Made by a program: the position numbers and the translations under genes. A stretch of 64,000 nt of DNA from NCBI GenBank assembly GCA_017552705.1, contig JAFZOY010000010.1, positions 3,486-67,485 of the forward strand, given 5' to 3'. Shown here in pieces: positions 20,843 to 28,945 of the stretch (its first letter is position 1; each line of letters starts with the position of its first letter). This DNA comes from Bacteroidales bacterium (GTDB taxonomy: Bacteria > Bacteroidota > Bacteroidia > Bacteroidales > UBA1715). The notes under the pieces were generated by a model. The model searched no databases. It was not told where the DNA came from and saw only the letters and a program-made list of their open reading frames with translations.

Positions 20843-21538
20843 TTATTTCGCCCCAGCGACTTTTAGCGTGCGCAAATAGCATTTGTGTTCATCGGAAACA
20901 CGAAAACTTTCCACGGCTTTTTGTATAGTTTTGTTGTGTATCCACGGAGCAAGACGATGATTTTGCAATATTGGCAACGTGGCATCGTATTGTTTGGCCA
21001 GCGCTGTGGCAAAATACCATGCCTGCATCATCTTGATATAGTATTCATCACGTTTTACACCAGCGACCAATTCATGGTAACGGGGTGAAAACGTATCGTC
21101 GAGAAAATGGCGCATAAGCAAGCAAATAGCGAACCGCACAGTATACTCGTGTTTCGATTTCAGCCATTTCTCTATATATGGCAACAATTTTTCGCTATGC
21201 TTTGCAAAAATTCGGGGCGAAAGTTGGTCGCATGTCGCCCAGTTGTCGATATACGGCAAAAACTCCGCCACTCGACGCAGGCATACTTCAAAATCTTTTT
21301 CTCCAGAGATTATAAAAACATGAAGTTGATTTTCCTCGAAATAGCGATGAGGCAAGGTGTTGAGAAACGCTGAAACATCAGTGTTTCTCAACAATTCCTT
21401 GGCATATCGTTTCAGTTCGGGGGTACGAACACCAATCATAGAATCCGCATCGATAGAAGGCAATAACGGCCGCTGAAATGCGGCGTAAGCCTCGTCTGAC
21501 ACAGAAAATAAATGTTCTACAATCGTGTCGTTCAACAT
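20843..21538 (-). CDS. DNA alkylation repair protein (AlkD-like HEAT-repeat family)
   Basis: The 231 aa helical-repeat protein has the characteristic YIDNWATCDQL segment. Confidence 0.75.
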   Translation of the reverse strand: MLNDTIVEHLFSVSDEAYAAFQRPLLPSIDADSMIGVRTPELKRYAKELLRNTDVSAFLNTLPHRYFEENQLHVFIISGEKDFEVCLRRVAEFLPYIDNWATCDQLSPRIFAKHSEKLLPYIEKWLKSKHEYTVRFAICLLMRHFLDDTFSPRYHELVAGVKRDEYYIKMMQAWYFATALAKQYDATLPILQNHRLAPWIHNKTIQKAVESFRVSDEHKCYLRTLKVAGAK

Positions 21539-21540
21539 GA

Positions 21541-22128
21541 TTATTCGTAACGCTTTTCAACCACGCTCCAGTCAACAATCTGCCACAAAGCAGCCAAGTG
21601 GTCGGGACGACGATTTTGGTAATCCAAATAATATGCGTGTTCCCACACGTCGAACGTGAGCAACGGACGCAAACCCTGTTGGATAGGATTTGACGCATTT
21701 GTTTCTTGGGTAATCACCAACTTGCCGTTTTTGTCAGCCGAAAGCCACACCCAGCCAGAACCAAAAAGTGTAGCTCCTTTTTTCTGAAATTCATCCTTGA
21801 ATGCGTCGAACGAGCCAAAATCGCGAGTTATGGCATCGGCCAATTTTCCCATTGGCACTGATTTTGGAGCTTTGGCAAATTGTTCGAAATATAAATTATG
21901 GTTCAAAATCTGACCTGCATTATTGCGAATGCCTCCATCGGATTTCAGTACGATTTCTTCCAACGAAAGATTCTGAAAATCAATCCCTTGTATCAAATTA
22001 TTGAGATTATTCACATATCCAGCCAAATGTTTGCCGTGATGAAATTCTATTGTTTGTTTACTAATTATTGGTTCCAATGCATCGGCTGCATACGGAAGTT
22101 TCATCAATTCAAAAGCTTTTGTTTCCAT
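21541..22128 (-). CDS. sodB: Superoxide dismutase, Fe/Mn family
   Basis: Supporting segments are LPYAADALEPIISKQTIEFHHGKHLAGYV and the C-terminal metal-ligand motif FDVWEHAYYLDYQNRRPD. Metal specificity cannot be told from the sequence alone. Confidence 0.93.
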   Translation of the reverse strand: METKAFELMKLPYAADALEPIISKQTIEFHHGKHLAGYVNNLNNLIQGIDFQNLSLEEIVLKSDGGIRNNAGQILNHNLYFEQFAKAPKSVPMGKLADAITRDFGSFDAFKDEFQKKGATLFGSGWVWLSADKNGKLVITQETNASNPIQQGLRPLLTFDVWEHAYYLDYQNRRPDHLAALWQIVDWSVVEKRYE

Positions 22129-22250
22129 ATCGTACTATTTAAATTTACATTGTAGCGAAAATACGACAAAATTTGGAATTTTTCAAAACAACAACTTTTT
22201 GTTTGATGAATTTTTACCTGATGCTACAGAACAACGAGAAACAATCCTCA

Positions 22251-22817
22251 TCAATCGAATGGAATTATGTAAGAAAGTTCTTTCATGTGAGTAATGATTC
22301 CATCGCAGATTTCCTCGTTAAAGTGCCGCAATGCCTTATAAAACAAATCATTCGGAAAATGTATAAACATATCGTCGTTGAAAAATTTTATTATACAATG
22401 ACAACTGTTGTACTTTGTACGTGTTTCGTCAAATTCAACTGAATCAAATTGAGGAATCCCTTTTTCCATAATTGACAATTTACTGTCAGCCAACTGAAAA
22501 CGTGAACTTCCTTCAAACGAAAATGGGAACACCAATGCACCAATCACCAAAATATCTCTTGAAACGCAAGCGTTCATGATTGACAGTACTGTCAAGTCAT
22601 CGTCGCCACCAAGACAATTCAGCAAACATACATATTTCACGTCTTGGGGAACAACCAACTTCAGCATTGATTGCCATTGAGCATCGGCGGAATCAAAATA
22701 AACATCTTTGCGGATTGTAGCCACGGAAAAATGTTCCGAAAGTTTTTCCATGTTTTGTTCCACAATGTTGATTGCCCCGTCGCCAACGGCAAGCAGTAAA
22801 ACGTTATTCTCGTTCAT
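22251..22817 (-). CDS. Short divergent FtsZ/tubulin-like protein (N-terminal GTPase-domain fold only, nucleotide signature lost)
   Basis: I aligned it by eye with E. coli FtsZ. VLLLAVGDGAINIVEQNME matches VIKVIGVGGGGGNAVEHMV. KYVCLLNCLGGDDDLTVLSIMNACVSRDILVIGALVFPFSFEGSSR matches [47 protein letters not shown]. The PFSFEG motif is retained, but the tubulin signature GGGTGTG is replaced by LGGDDDL. At 188 aa it has no C-terminal (T7-loop) domain. Confidence 0.6.
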   Translation of the reverse strand: MNENNVLLLAVGDGAINIVEQNMEKLSEHFSVATIRKDVYFDSADAQWQSMLKLVVPQDVKYVCLLNCLGGDDDLTVLSIMNACVSRDILVIGALVFPFSFEGSSRFQLADSKLSIMEKGIPQFDSVEFDETRTKYNSCHCIIKFFNDDMFIHFPNDLFYKALRHFNEEICDGIITHMKELSYIIPFD

Positions 22818-22822
22818 TTCTT

Positions 22823-23854
22823 TTATAATTTTATAATAAACTGATTTTCCTCTAAATTCTTCAGTGCCATTTCAACGCCTTGTGCAACGGAATAAAATGT
22901 ATCGTCAACGAGTTTGACTTTAATTTTAGTCTTTCTGCTCAAACGTTCTGCTAAACCATATAGCATTGCTCCTCCACCCGACAGCCAAATTCCGTCAACA
23001 GCAAAGTCGTTGAACAATTCAGGGGGGACACGTTCCAGTACGTTTGACACGGCGTTTTCAATCTTCGTCAATGGTTCGTGCAGACATTCGGCTATTTCGT
23101 TCGGAGAAAGTTTTACTTCGATTTGCTCAGCCGTGACTATGTGCGCTCCAGAAACAACATAGTACGCTTGCGGATTTTCCATATCTACAAGCGCCGTTCC
23201 CGACGTTCTCTTTATTCCTTCCGCCGTACATTCACTAACTTTTATATTATGATTGATTCGCAATCCTTCCTGAATCGCCGCTGTAAAGGCTTCGCCACCA
23301 ATAGGAATACTTTCGCACACAACAATTCCGCCCATACAAATCACCGCAATCTGTGTTTTTCCGCCACCAATTTCAATTATCATTTTGCCCAAGACATTAT
23401 TCACATTCAATCCTTGGGCAATTGCAACGGCAAAAATCGAAGGAATCAGATACACATTGTTACATCCAAGGTTTTTGAACGCTTCGCGAAAAACAAGGCG
23501 GTCGCCATACGTGAAATCCAGAGGGATTCCTATTCCGATTTTCGTTTCTGCCGATATGGAACATTTTTTCTTTGCTTCCAACAGCAACTCCAGAACCAAA
23601 AGTTCAACGCTGTTGTAAAACATACTGTCATTTTTCATTGGTTGAATGATTTTAACCGTTGAAATGTTCCGCCCTTTCATATTCCTTGCCTCGTCCCACT
23701 TGCAGCAAACTTTGGGACCTTTGCTTTCCATTTCAATACCTAACCACGATGGCACATCAACAAGTACGTTTCCACCAGCTACAACAACCGAGTTGACCGT
23801 TCCCAAATCGAATGCGACAATGGGAAAATTGTTTTGTTCTTTTAAAATTTCCAT
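22823..23854 (-). CDS. MreB-like actin-family ATPase
   Basis: At 343 aa it is MreB-sized. The phosphate-1 motif is VAFDLGTVNSVVV and phosphate-2 is MIIEIGGGKTQIAVICMGGIV. IPIGGEAFTAAIQEGLRINHNIKVSECTAEGIK parallels MreB VRVAGDEMDEAI…IGERTAEEIK. The adenosine motif is GIWLSGGGAMLYGLAERLSRKTKIKV. Confidence 0.8.
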   Translation of the reverse strand: MEILKEQNNFPIVAFDLGTVNSVVVAGGNVLVDVPSWLGIEMESKGPKVCCKWDEARNMKGRNISTVKIIQPMKNDSMFYNSVELLVLELLLEAKKKCSISAETKIGIGIPLDFTYGDRLVFREAFKNLGCNNVYLIPSIFAVAIAQGLNVNNVLGKMIIEIGGGKTQIAVICMGGIVVCESIPIGGEAFTAAIQEGLRINHNIKVSECTAEGIKRTSGTALVDMENPQAYYVVSGAHIVTAEQIEVKLSPNEIAECLHEPLTKIENAVSNVLERVPPELFNDFAVDGIWLSGGGAMLYGLAERLSRKTKIKVKLVDDTFYSVAQGVEMALKNLEENQFIIKL

Positions 23855-23861
23855 TTTTCTA

Positions 23862-24482
23862 CTATTTATAAAAAGTAACCATTGGACTGTTTAATTTGTC
23901 GATAAATCTTTTCAACCGATAGCGAAAAATAAACGACCTGTAATTATTTGATGAAATATGAAAAATTACTTCTGCAATGACTTTATGTGCCTCTTGTAAG
24001 GCGGAAGACAAAGGCATTTTGCCATATTGTTCCTTGATTTGTTGATTATGTAAAACAATGGTGGCAGTAGCTTTTTCGCCTAATAACTTCAAGGCATGCT
24101 TCGCCTTTTCTGTTGCTCCTTCAACATCATACGGCAGAATGCCGATACCGATAACTGTGCTTCCATTCTTTTGTAATGCTTCAGCTAGAACATTTGCCAT
24201 AGCCCCAGTTTTTCCTTCAAGTCCTACAATTACTATAGAAAGACGACCTTTAAACCTTGAAAAATCAATGATATCATTTACATTTACAACAATATCCTCT
24301 GCGTTTGTTGGAACGTTTTCCTTTTCCATAGATAATTCCATTCCCTTGAAATGCCAACAACAAAACTGAATTTGGAGATTAGCATTGTGTTGCAAATTGC
24401 GTCGAACATCACTGACAACACTGATACCAACTTTACCAATACCGATTAAGGAGATTTTTTCTTGTTTCTTTGAATGTTTCAT
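23862..24482 (-). CDS. Short divergent FtsZ/tubulin-like protein (N-terminal GTPase domain through helix H7, degenerate signature)
   Basis: [18 protein letters not shown] matches the FtsZ strand1/G-box. [69 protein letters not shown] matches [93 protein letters not shown] matches LLDAFGAANDVLKGAVQGIAELI. It is 206 aa and has no C-terminal domain. Confidence 0.6.
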   Translation of the reverse strand: [206 protein letters not shown]

Positions 24483-24504
24483 ATTAGTAATTTTATGTTT
24501 TCTG

Positions 24505-24556
24505 TTGCAAACATAAACGCAAGGTGTGCCATATCAGGGCAGAGGTTGAAAAAAAT
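24505..24556 (+). repeat. Intergenic direct repeat family, copy 1
   Basis: The sequence is ttgcaaacataaacgcaaggtGTGCCATATCAGGGCAGAGG-TTGAAAAAAAt. It matches copies at 26949, 27582 and 28946. Confidence 0.85.
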
Positions 24557-24562
24557 ATGGCT

Positions 24563-24585
24563 GTGCCGTGTTTTGGCAGAGGTTG
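24563..24585 (+). repeat. Partial tandem reiteration of the repeat core
   Basis: GTGCCgtgttttGGCAGAGGTTG mirrors GTGCCatatcagGGCAGAGGTTG 40 nt upstream. Confidence 0.6.
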
Positions 24586-24614
24586 TATATACGTTTGTGA
24601 AAAATCTGATAGAA

Positions 24615-25265
24615 ATGAATATAGAAAAACTTTACGAGAACCCGAAACTTGTTGATATAGAGGAAACCATTCTCTCTCTTGAAGAACATCCTTGCAAAAA
24701 CAACGACAATGAAATCGAGAGACTTTTTCTTGAACGAAAGAAATTTCTTGACGCAGCGTTTCCTTTCAACAACGAAACATCGAAACTTTTGAGAACATTC
24801 AACGAAAGTCTTCGTAATGCGCTTGTTGAAACGTATGAAAAAACAAAAGAATACTACGACAAAGTACTACGTTGGAACGATGACAAAACATTTCGTGTGG
24901 AATCGAAACTGACGTTAGGCGAATATCCTGCGTTACACCCAATACAAACAGAGCGTAGCCACGATATTTGGAACATTTTGTCATACGGCGGTTACGATAA
25001 CTATTACGACCTCGTAGGCATAAACGATTTATTTATGGATAAAGATTGTCCAGAAAACATCAACACCTTAGACTATTTCCTATATCTTGGAAGAGCAGGC
25101 GAAAGGGTTGATAATTGGAACGAACATCTGCCGACAGATTGGAGCAAGGATATGAATTTGCTCTATGGATTCCATAACCTTTACGACCACACATGGTTCA
25201 GCCTTTACGACTTTATTTTCGTTCGTGAATTTGAACAGAATTATGAGATTTATATTGATAGGTGA
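24615..25265 (+). CDS. Hypothetical protein (216 aa), no recognisable family
   Basis: The start was refined to ATG 24615 (MNIEKLYENPKL). The ORF-track extension from 24474 runs through the intergenic repeat. Composition is coding-like and the protein is W/Y/D/N-rich. Confidence 0.55.
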   Translation: MNIEKLYENPKLVDIEETILSLEEHPCKNNDNEIERLFLERKKFLDAAFPFNNETSKLLRTFNESLRNALVETYEKTKEYYDKVLRWNDDKTFRVESKLTLGEYPALHPIQTERSHDIWNILSYGGYDNYYDLVGINDLFMDKDCPENINTLDYFLYLGRAGERVDNWNEHLPTDWSKDMNLLYGFHNLYDHTWFSLYDFIFVREFEQNYEIYIDR

Positions 25266-25279
25266 ATTAAATTATTACT

Positions 25280-26422
25280 TCAATGTTTGCATTCATTTAT
25301 CAATTTCTTAAAAAACGAGTAAGCCTCATTGTATTCTCCGAGACCAAAGCATCTATGTATCCCTTGATTCTCATTAGGGAGTTCAATTTCTGATTTTTTT
25401 AATTTTAATTTTTCTCTCACCATTTCTCTTTTGTCTTCTGGTAAAGGAGCTATTCCCACGTAAAAATTGCCATATGGGTCTGTATGACCACCTGAAATGG
25501 AAACGTTAACATTTCCACATTCCATAAATTTTTCTATTGTTACTTGTGTAATCGGCCAATACCCATTCTGACTTGGTTTTAAAGTCTTAAAATCAGTTTC
25601 CGTGTTTGTTCTCCATTTATCGTATAAATCTTCAAATTTCTTATTACACAATTGATTCATTTGTTCAACAACTAAAGAAATATTGTCTTTGTCTATTAGG
25701 AGTTTATCTATGTCTTTTGTATTATAATGCTCCTCAATCAAGTTATTTAATTCCATATTCATATTATAATAAATTGAACCTGTTCTAAACATTTTATTTC
25801 CCTCTAAATAATCAACGTATTGCAATAATGCAGACGATAAAAACACATCTTTCTGACGTACATTAGGAATAACTATGGATTTTAACCATGGCAGAATATC
25901 ATATCTGAAAGACAAATTAATGTATCTTGATTTGAAACTTTCTTTATATTCTCCCCACGACTGCGAGTCTGGTTCTTTCCCATCTCTTGAAAGGTAAATC
26001 ACAAAAATTTGCTCTTCTTTATATTTTTTCTCTTTGGTTCTTTCAATATATCGACAAATTTGAGCATCTTGATCTTCCGCATTATATACTTTATTTTCAA
26101 AGATGATTGCATAATCATCATCACGAACCCATAAATCAATTCTTTCCTTTTCTTGAGTAATTGTAGGGTTTGTAATTTTTATTTCTCCAAAGTTTGGATT
26201 TTTCTGCTTTACAGAATCTAACAAAGATTGCAAGATTTCATATTCGTTCTTTTCGTTTTTATACTGCAACAATTTTGTCAATACCCGACTATGCCCGTTT
26301 TCATTAATGTGCAATTCATCAATTATATTGACATGATAAGGAAGTTTATTTTCTTCCTCCTCTTTCTTTTTCCTAAATTCTTTGGAAAAATTTAATAAGT
26401 CTTCTAATTCTTGTTTTTCCAT
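25280..26422 (-). CDS. PD-(D/E)XK nuclease-superfamily protein (PDDEXK_4-like architecture)
   Basis: The start was refined to ATG 26422 (MEKQELEDLL). H…NENGHSRVLTKLL is followed by the core motif ERIDLWVRDDDYAIIFENKV (D…E-x-K), then QICRY. The gene is AT-rich. Confidence 0.6.
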   Translation of the reverse strand: MEKQELEDLLNFSKEFRKKKEEEENKLPYHVNIIDELHINENGHSRVLTKLLQYKNEKNEYEILQSLLDSVKQKNPNFGEIKITNPTITQEKERIDLWVRDDDYAIIFENKVYNAEDQDAQICRYIERTKEKKYKEEQIFVIYLSRDGKEPDSQSWGEYKESFKSRYINLSFRYDILPWLKSIVIPNVRQKDVFLSSALLQYVDYLEGNKMFRTGSIYYNMNMELNNLIEEHYNTKDIDKLLIDKDNISLVVEQMNQLCNKKFEDLYDKWRTNTETDFKTLKPSQNGYWPITQVTIEKFMECGNVNVSISGGHTDPYGNFYVGIAPLPEDKREMVREKLKLKKSEIELPNENQGIHRCFGLGEYNEAYSFFKKLINECKH

Positions 26423-26499
26423 ACAACAAATTTGCAGTAAATATACAAGTTTTTCAAAAAAAAACGGCAAGACGAATTTATCATCTTGCCGCCACAATC

Positions 26500-26637
26500 C
26501 TACTTTTTCGGCACGAAAGCATAGATTTTACCATTAATAAATTTTGCTTCGCCACCTAAAAGTCGTGCCGCATTCAACAATTCACCTTGTGAACTGTACG
26601 TTTGAACGTTTCCGTTCGGGAAATTTAATTGATACAT
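26500..26637 (-). CDS. Possible 45-aa small protein
   Basis: I translated it manually as MYQLNFPNGNVQTYSSQGELLNAARLLGGEAKFINGKIYAFVPKK*. It falls below the ORF-track length cut-off and fills an otherwise empty gap between two minus-strand genes. Confidence 0.3.
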   Translation of the reverse strand: MYQLNFPNGNVQTYSSQGELLNAARLLGGEAKFINGKIYAFVPKK

Positions 26638-26689
26638 ACTATTAATATTTTTAATTTTTGCCTCCACTTACGGCTTTCGGCATCTCCGT

Positions 26690-26902
26690 TTAGTTATTGA
26701 TTTCACTATCGTTTTCCACTTTTTTGATACACTCCTCAACATCGGCAATCAACTTTTTTAAGAATTCTGTTTTTGCGGTTTTGTCGGGAAAATTATCAGG
26801 ATTGGATTTGAATTCCATATCAATTAACTCTCTAATCGTAAATTCCCATCCCATACCATCTTCGTCTGGGGCAACGTAAAAATAATAATCGTTCATATCC
26901 AT
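26690..26902 (-). CDS. Hypothetical small acidic protein (70 aa)
   Basis: The ORF has coding-like composition (MDMNDYYFYVAPDEDGMGWEFTIRELIDMEF…). I recognised no family. Confidence 0.45.
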   Translation of the reverse strand: MDMNDYYFYVAPDEDGMGWEFTIRELIDMEFKSNPDNFPDKTAKTEFLKKLIADVEECIKKVENDSEINN

Positions 26903-26948
26903 AATCCCTAATATGTGTCGGGCACAACTTTTAATTATTAATTACTTC

Positions 26949-26998
26949 GCAAACATATTCTCGATCTATGCCAAATCAAGGCAGAGGTTTGAAAAAAT
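26949..26998 (+). repeat. Intergenic direct repeat family, copy 2
   Basis: The sequence is gcaaacatattctcgatcTATGCCAAATCAAGGCAGAGGTTTGAAAAAAt. Confidence 0.85.
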
Positions 26999-27021
26999 TT
27001 TTTCATGTGTGGAATTTGAAA

Positions 27022-27570
27022 TCAATCATTCACCACCACCAAACATACCCGTATTGGTTCCGTCATTGATTCGTCTAATAAATAATTCCATAAAATATAG
27101 GTATCGTCTTGAGACTTATGGAGATACGAAAATATTTCCTCAAGTTCCCCTGTAGTAGGTTCGTTTTCTACGTTGTTAACGGCAATAAGCATCATAATTC
27201 GATGTGGGAACTGCAATTTGCTGAAATTCTCTTCACACTGAACTTGTAAATCGTTGATAAAAGGGTGTTTCAACGCATTTTCGTACGCTTCTTTGAGCGT
27301 TTTTCCATAACCACTCGAGACAAAAATTGCCTTCTCGCACGTGGTTTCATCTCCATTTTCGCCAACAAGAAAATGCTTTACATCAAGGTAATCAATGGAT
27401 ACCCAAGATACTTTGTAGCAACTTTCCCAAATACCATTCGCCACAACTTTCGCTTCGGCGTTTGTGATGGTTTCAAACTCGTTTTCGCCCAAAACTGTGG
27501 CAATCATCTTTTTCAACTGCTTGCCCGTTTCCGTCCAGTCTTTGTCTACATTAAAATCTAACAATTCCAT
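27022..27570 (-). CDS. Hypothetical protein (182 aa), no recognisable family
   Basis: This is a clean ORF bounded on both sides by repeat copies 2 and 3 (MELLDFNVDKDWTETGKQLKKMIATVLGENEFE…). Confidence 0.5.
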   Translation of the reverse strand: MELLDFNVDKDWTETGKQLKKMIATVLGENEFETITNAEAKVVANGIWESCYKVSWVSIDYLDVKHFLVGENGDETTCEKAIFVSSGYGKTLKEAYENALKHPFINDLQVQCEENFSKLQFPHRIMMLIAVNNVENEPTTGELEEIFSYLHKSQDDTYILWNYLLDESMTEPIRVCLVVVND

Positions 27571-27581
27571 TGTTTTTTTTC

Positions 27582-27632
27582 GACAAAGAAAAACACAAGG
27601 TATGCCATATCAAGGCGGAGGTTTGAAAAAAT
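27582..27632 (+). repeat. Intergenic direct repeat family, copy 3
   Basis: The sequence is gacaaagaaaaacacaaggTATGCCATATCAAGGCGGAGGTTTGAAAAAAt. Confidence 0.85.
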
Positions 27633-27726
27633 CATGAATTTCTTAGAAATTTTTTGCCTCGCCAAAAAAAATTATTACATTTGTCTAATAAAATTATTAG
27701 ATACACCTAATAAAATTTTTAACACA

Positions 27727-28914
27727 ATGAAAAGAACTATATATCAAACGGTTATAAATCGTTTAAAAGAGCCAAGAAAGTTTATCCAAGTATTGTTTGG
27801 ACCTCGTCAGGTGGGAAAAACAACGTTGATGACACAGGTTCTCGAAGAAATTGAAACGCCATATCTGTTTGTTACCGCCGACGATATTGCAGGCATGGAC
27901 GATGCGTGGTTGCATACGGTTTGGAATCGAGCCCGTGTGGAACAAAGCGAGAAAAAAGACCAAGATTTTTTATTGGTTATTGACGAGGTTCAAAAGATTC
28001 AGAATTGGAGCGAGATAGTAAAAAAGGAATGGGATGCCGATACGCAAAGCCATCGGCCGATAAAAGTTGTTTTACTTGGCTCCTCGTCGTTGTTGATTCA
28101 AAAAGGTTTGTCGGAATCACTGGCTGGGAGGTTTGAGCAGATGTATATCACCCACTGGTCGTATGCCGAAATGAAAGAAGCATTTGATTTTTCGATTGAC
28201 CAGTATATTATGTACGGTGGCTATCCCGGGGCTGCTTCGCTTGTCGGCGATGAACAGCGATGGCGTAGTTACGTGCGTCAGTCGTTGGTGGAAACAACTC
28301 TGTCGAAGGATATTCTTATGATGACACAGGTGAACAAGCCCATTCTGCTTCGACGGCTGTTTGACATTGGTAGTTCGTATTCCGCACAAATTCTTTCGCT
28401 GAACAAAATTCAAGGGGAGCTGAACGAGAAAGGAAATCTTACGACTTTGGGCGGGTATCTCGACCTTTTAAACGCGGCAGGTCTGTTGTGCGGTCTCGAC
28501 AAATATGCGGGAAGCATTATCTACCAACGTGCCTCGAAACCTAAACTGCAAGTTCACAATAATGCCTTGATGAGCATTCAAAGTATGAAAACTCTTGCAG
28601 AAGCAAAAGCAGACACAACATATTGGGGACGTTTGGTGGAATCAGCAGTTGGCACACATTTGTTAAATTATTCGAAGACAGAAGGTTATGAATTATATTA
28701 TTGGAACGAAAATTCCAAGGAAGTGGACTTTGTGTTGAAATGTGGAGAAAAAATTGTGTCGCTGGAAGTAAAAAGCGGTGTTGATTCCCAAAACGAAGGC
28801 ATAGCCTTGTTTCAAGGGAAATTTCATCCATCGTTGTCACTTGTGATTGGTACGGACGGAATACCATTTGAAAAGTTTTTCACAATGAATCCCTTAGAGC
28901 TTTTTAAAATTTAG
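27727..28914 (+). CDS. AAA-family ATPase with a C-terminal DUF4143-like (restriction-endonuclease-like) domain
   Basis: The start was refined to ATG 27727 (MKRTIYQTV). Walker A is LFGPRQVGKTTL and Walker B is LLVIDEVQK. The C-terminal segment YYWNENSKEVDFVL…EVKSG is typical of this widespread family. Confidence 0.8.
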   Translation: MKRTIYQTVINRLKEPRKFIQVLFGPRQVGKTTLMTQVLEEIETPYLFVTADDIAGMDDAWLHTVWNRARVEQSEKKDQDFLLVIDEVQKIQNWSEIVKKEWDADTQSHRPIKVVLLGSSSLLIQKGLSESLAGRFEQMYITHWSYAEMKEAFDFSIDQYIMYGGYPGAASLVGDEQRWRSYVRQSLVETTLSKDILMMTQVNKPILLRRLFDIGSSYSAQILSLNKIQGELNEKGNLTTLGGYLDLLNAAGLLCGLDKYAGSIIYQRASKPKLQVHNNALMSIQSMKTLAEAKADTTYWGRLVESAVGTHLLNYSKTEGYELYYWNENSKEVDFVLKCGEKIVSLEVKSGVDSQNEGIALFQGKFHPSLSLVIGTDGIPFEKFFTMNPLELFKI

Positions 28915-28945
28915 CCTTGGTACAAAAGAGAATAAAATTTGTAGA

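Noticed and set aside
17683-23662. Other long antisense ORFs: 17683..18282, 19015..19692 and 23078..23662. The same class includes 51859..52458, 56491..57027 and 63112..63615.
   Set aside because: Each overlaps, on the opposite strand, a gene with clear family signatures (helicase, acyl-CoA ligase, MreB-like, truB/queA, serS, resolvase).
22823-23854. Whether the actin-like gene is simply the housekeeping mreB, or an ftsA
   Set aside because: There are no mreC/mreD/pbp2/rodA genes downstream, as would be expected for the core mreB operon. At 343 aa the size and the motif spacing fit MreB, not FtsA (~420 aa with a 1C subdomain). I cannot exclude that it is the only mreB without the rest of the genome, so this is kept as a caveat in the finding.
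24474-24614. N-terminal extensions of ORF-track entries: 24474, 27634, 28991, 31807, 37612, 45596, 15758, 14592, 26497 and 36533
   Set aside because: The extensions run through intergenic repeats, promoters or the preceding gene. Several start at non-ATG codons. Internal ATGs give canonical N-termini or signal peptides, so the starts were trimmed.
26968-26997. The repeat core could be read as a micro-ORF (ATGCCAAATCAAGGCAGAGGTTTGAAAAAA = MPNQGRGLKK)
   Set aside because: The reading frame ends differently in each copy; copy 3 stops after 11 codons. Copy 1 has GTG in place of the ATG and an indel. Conservation is at the nucleotide level, not the peptide level.
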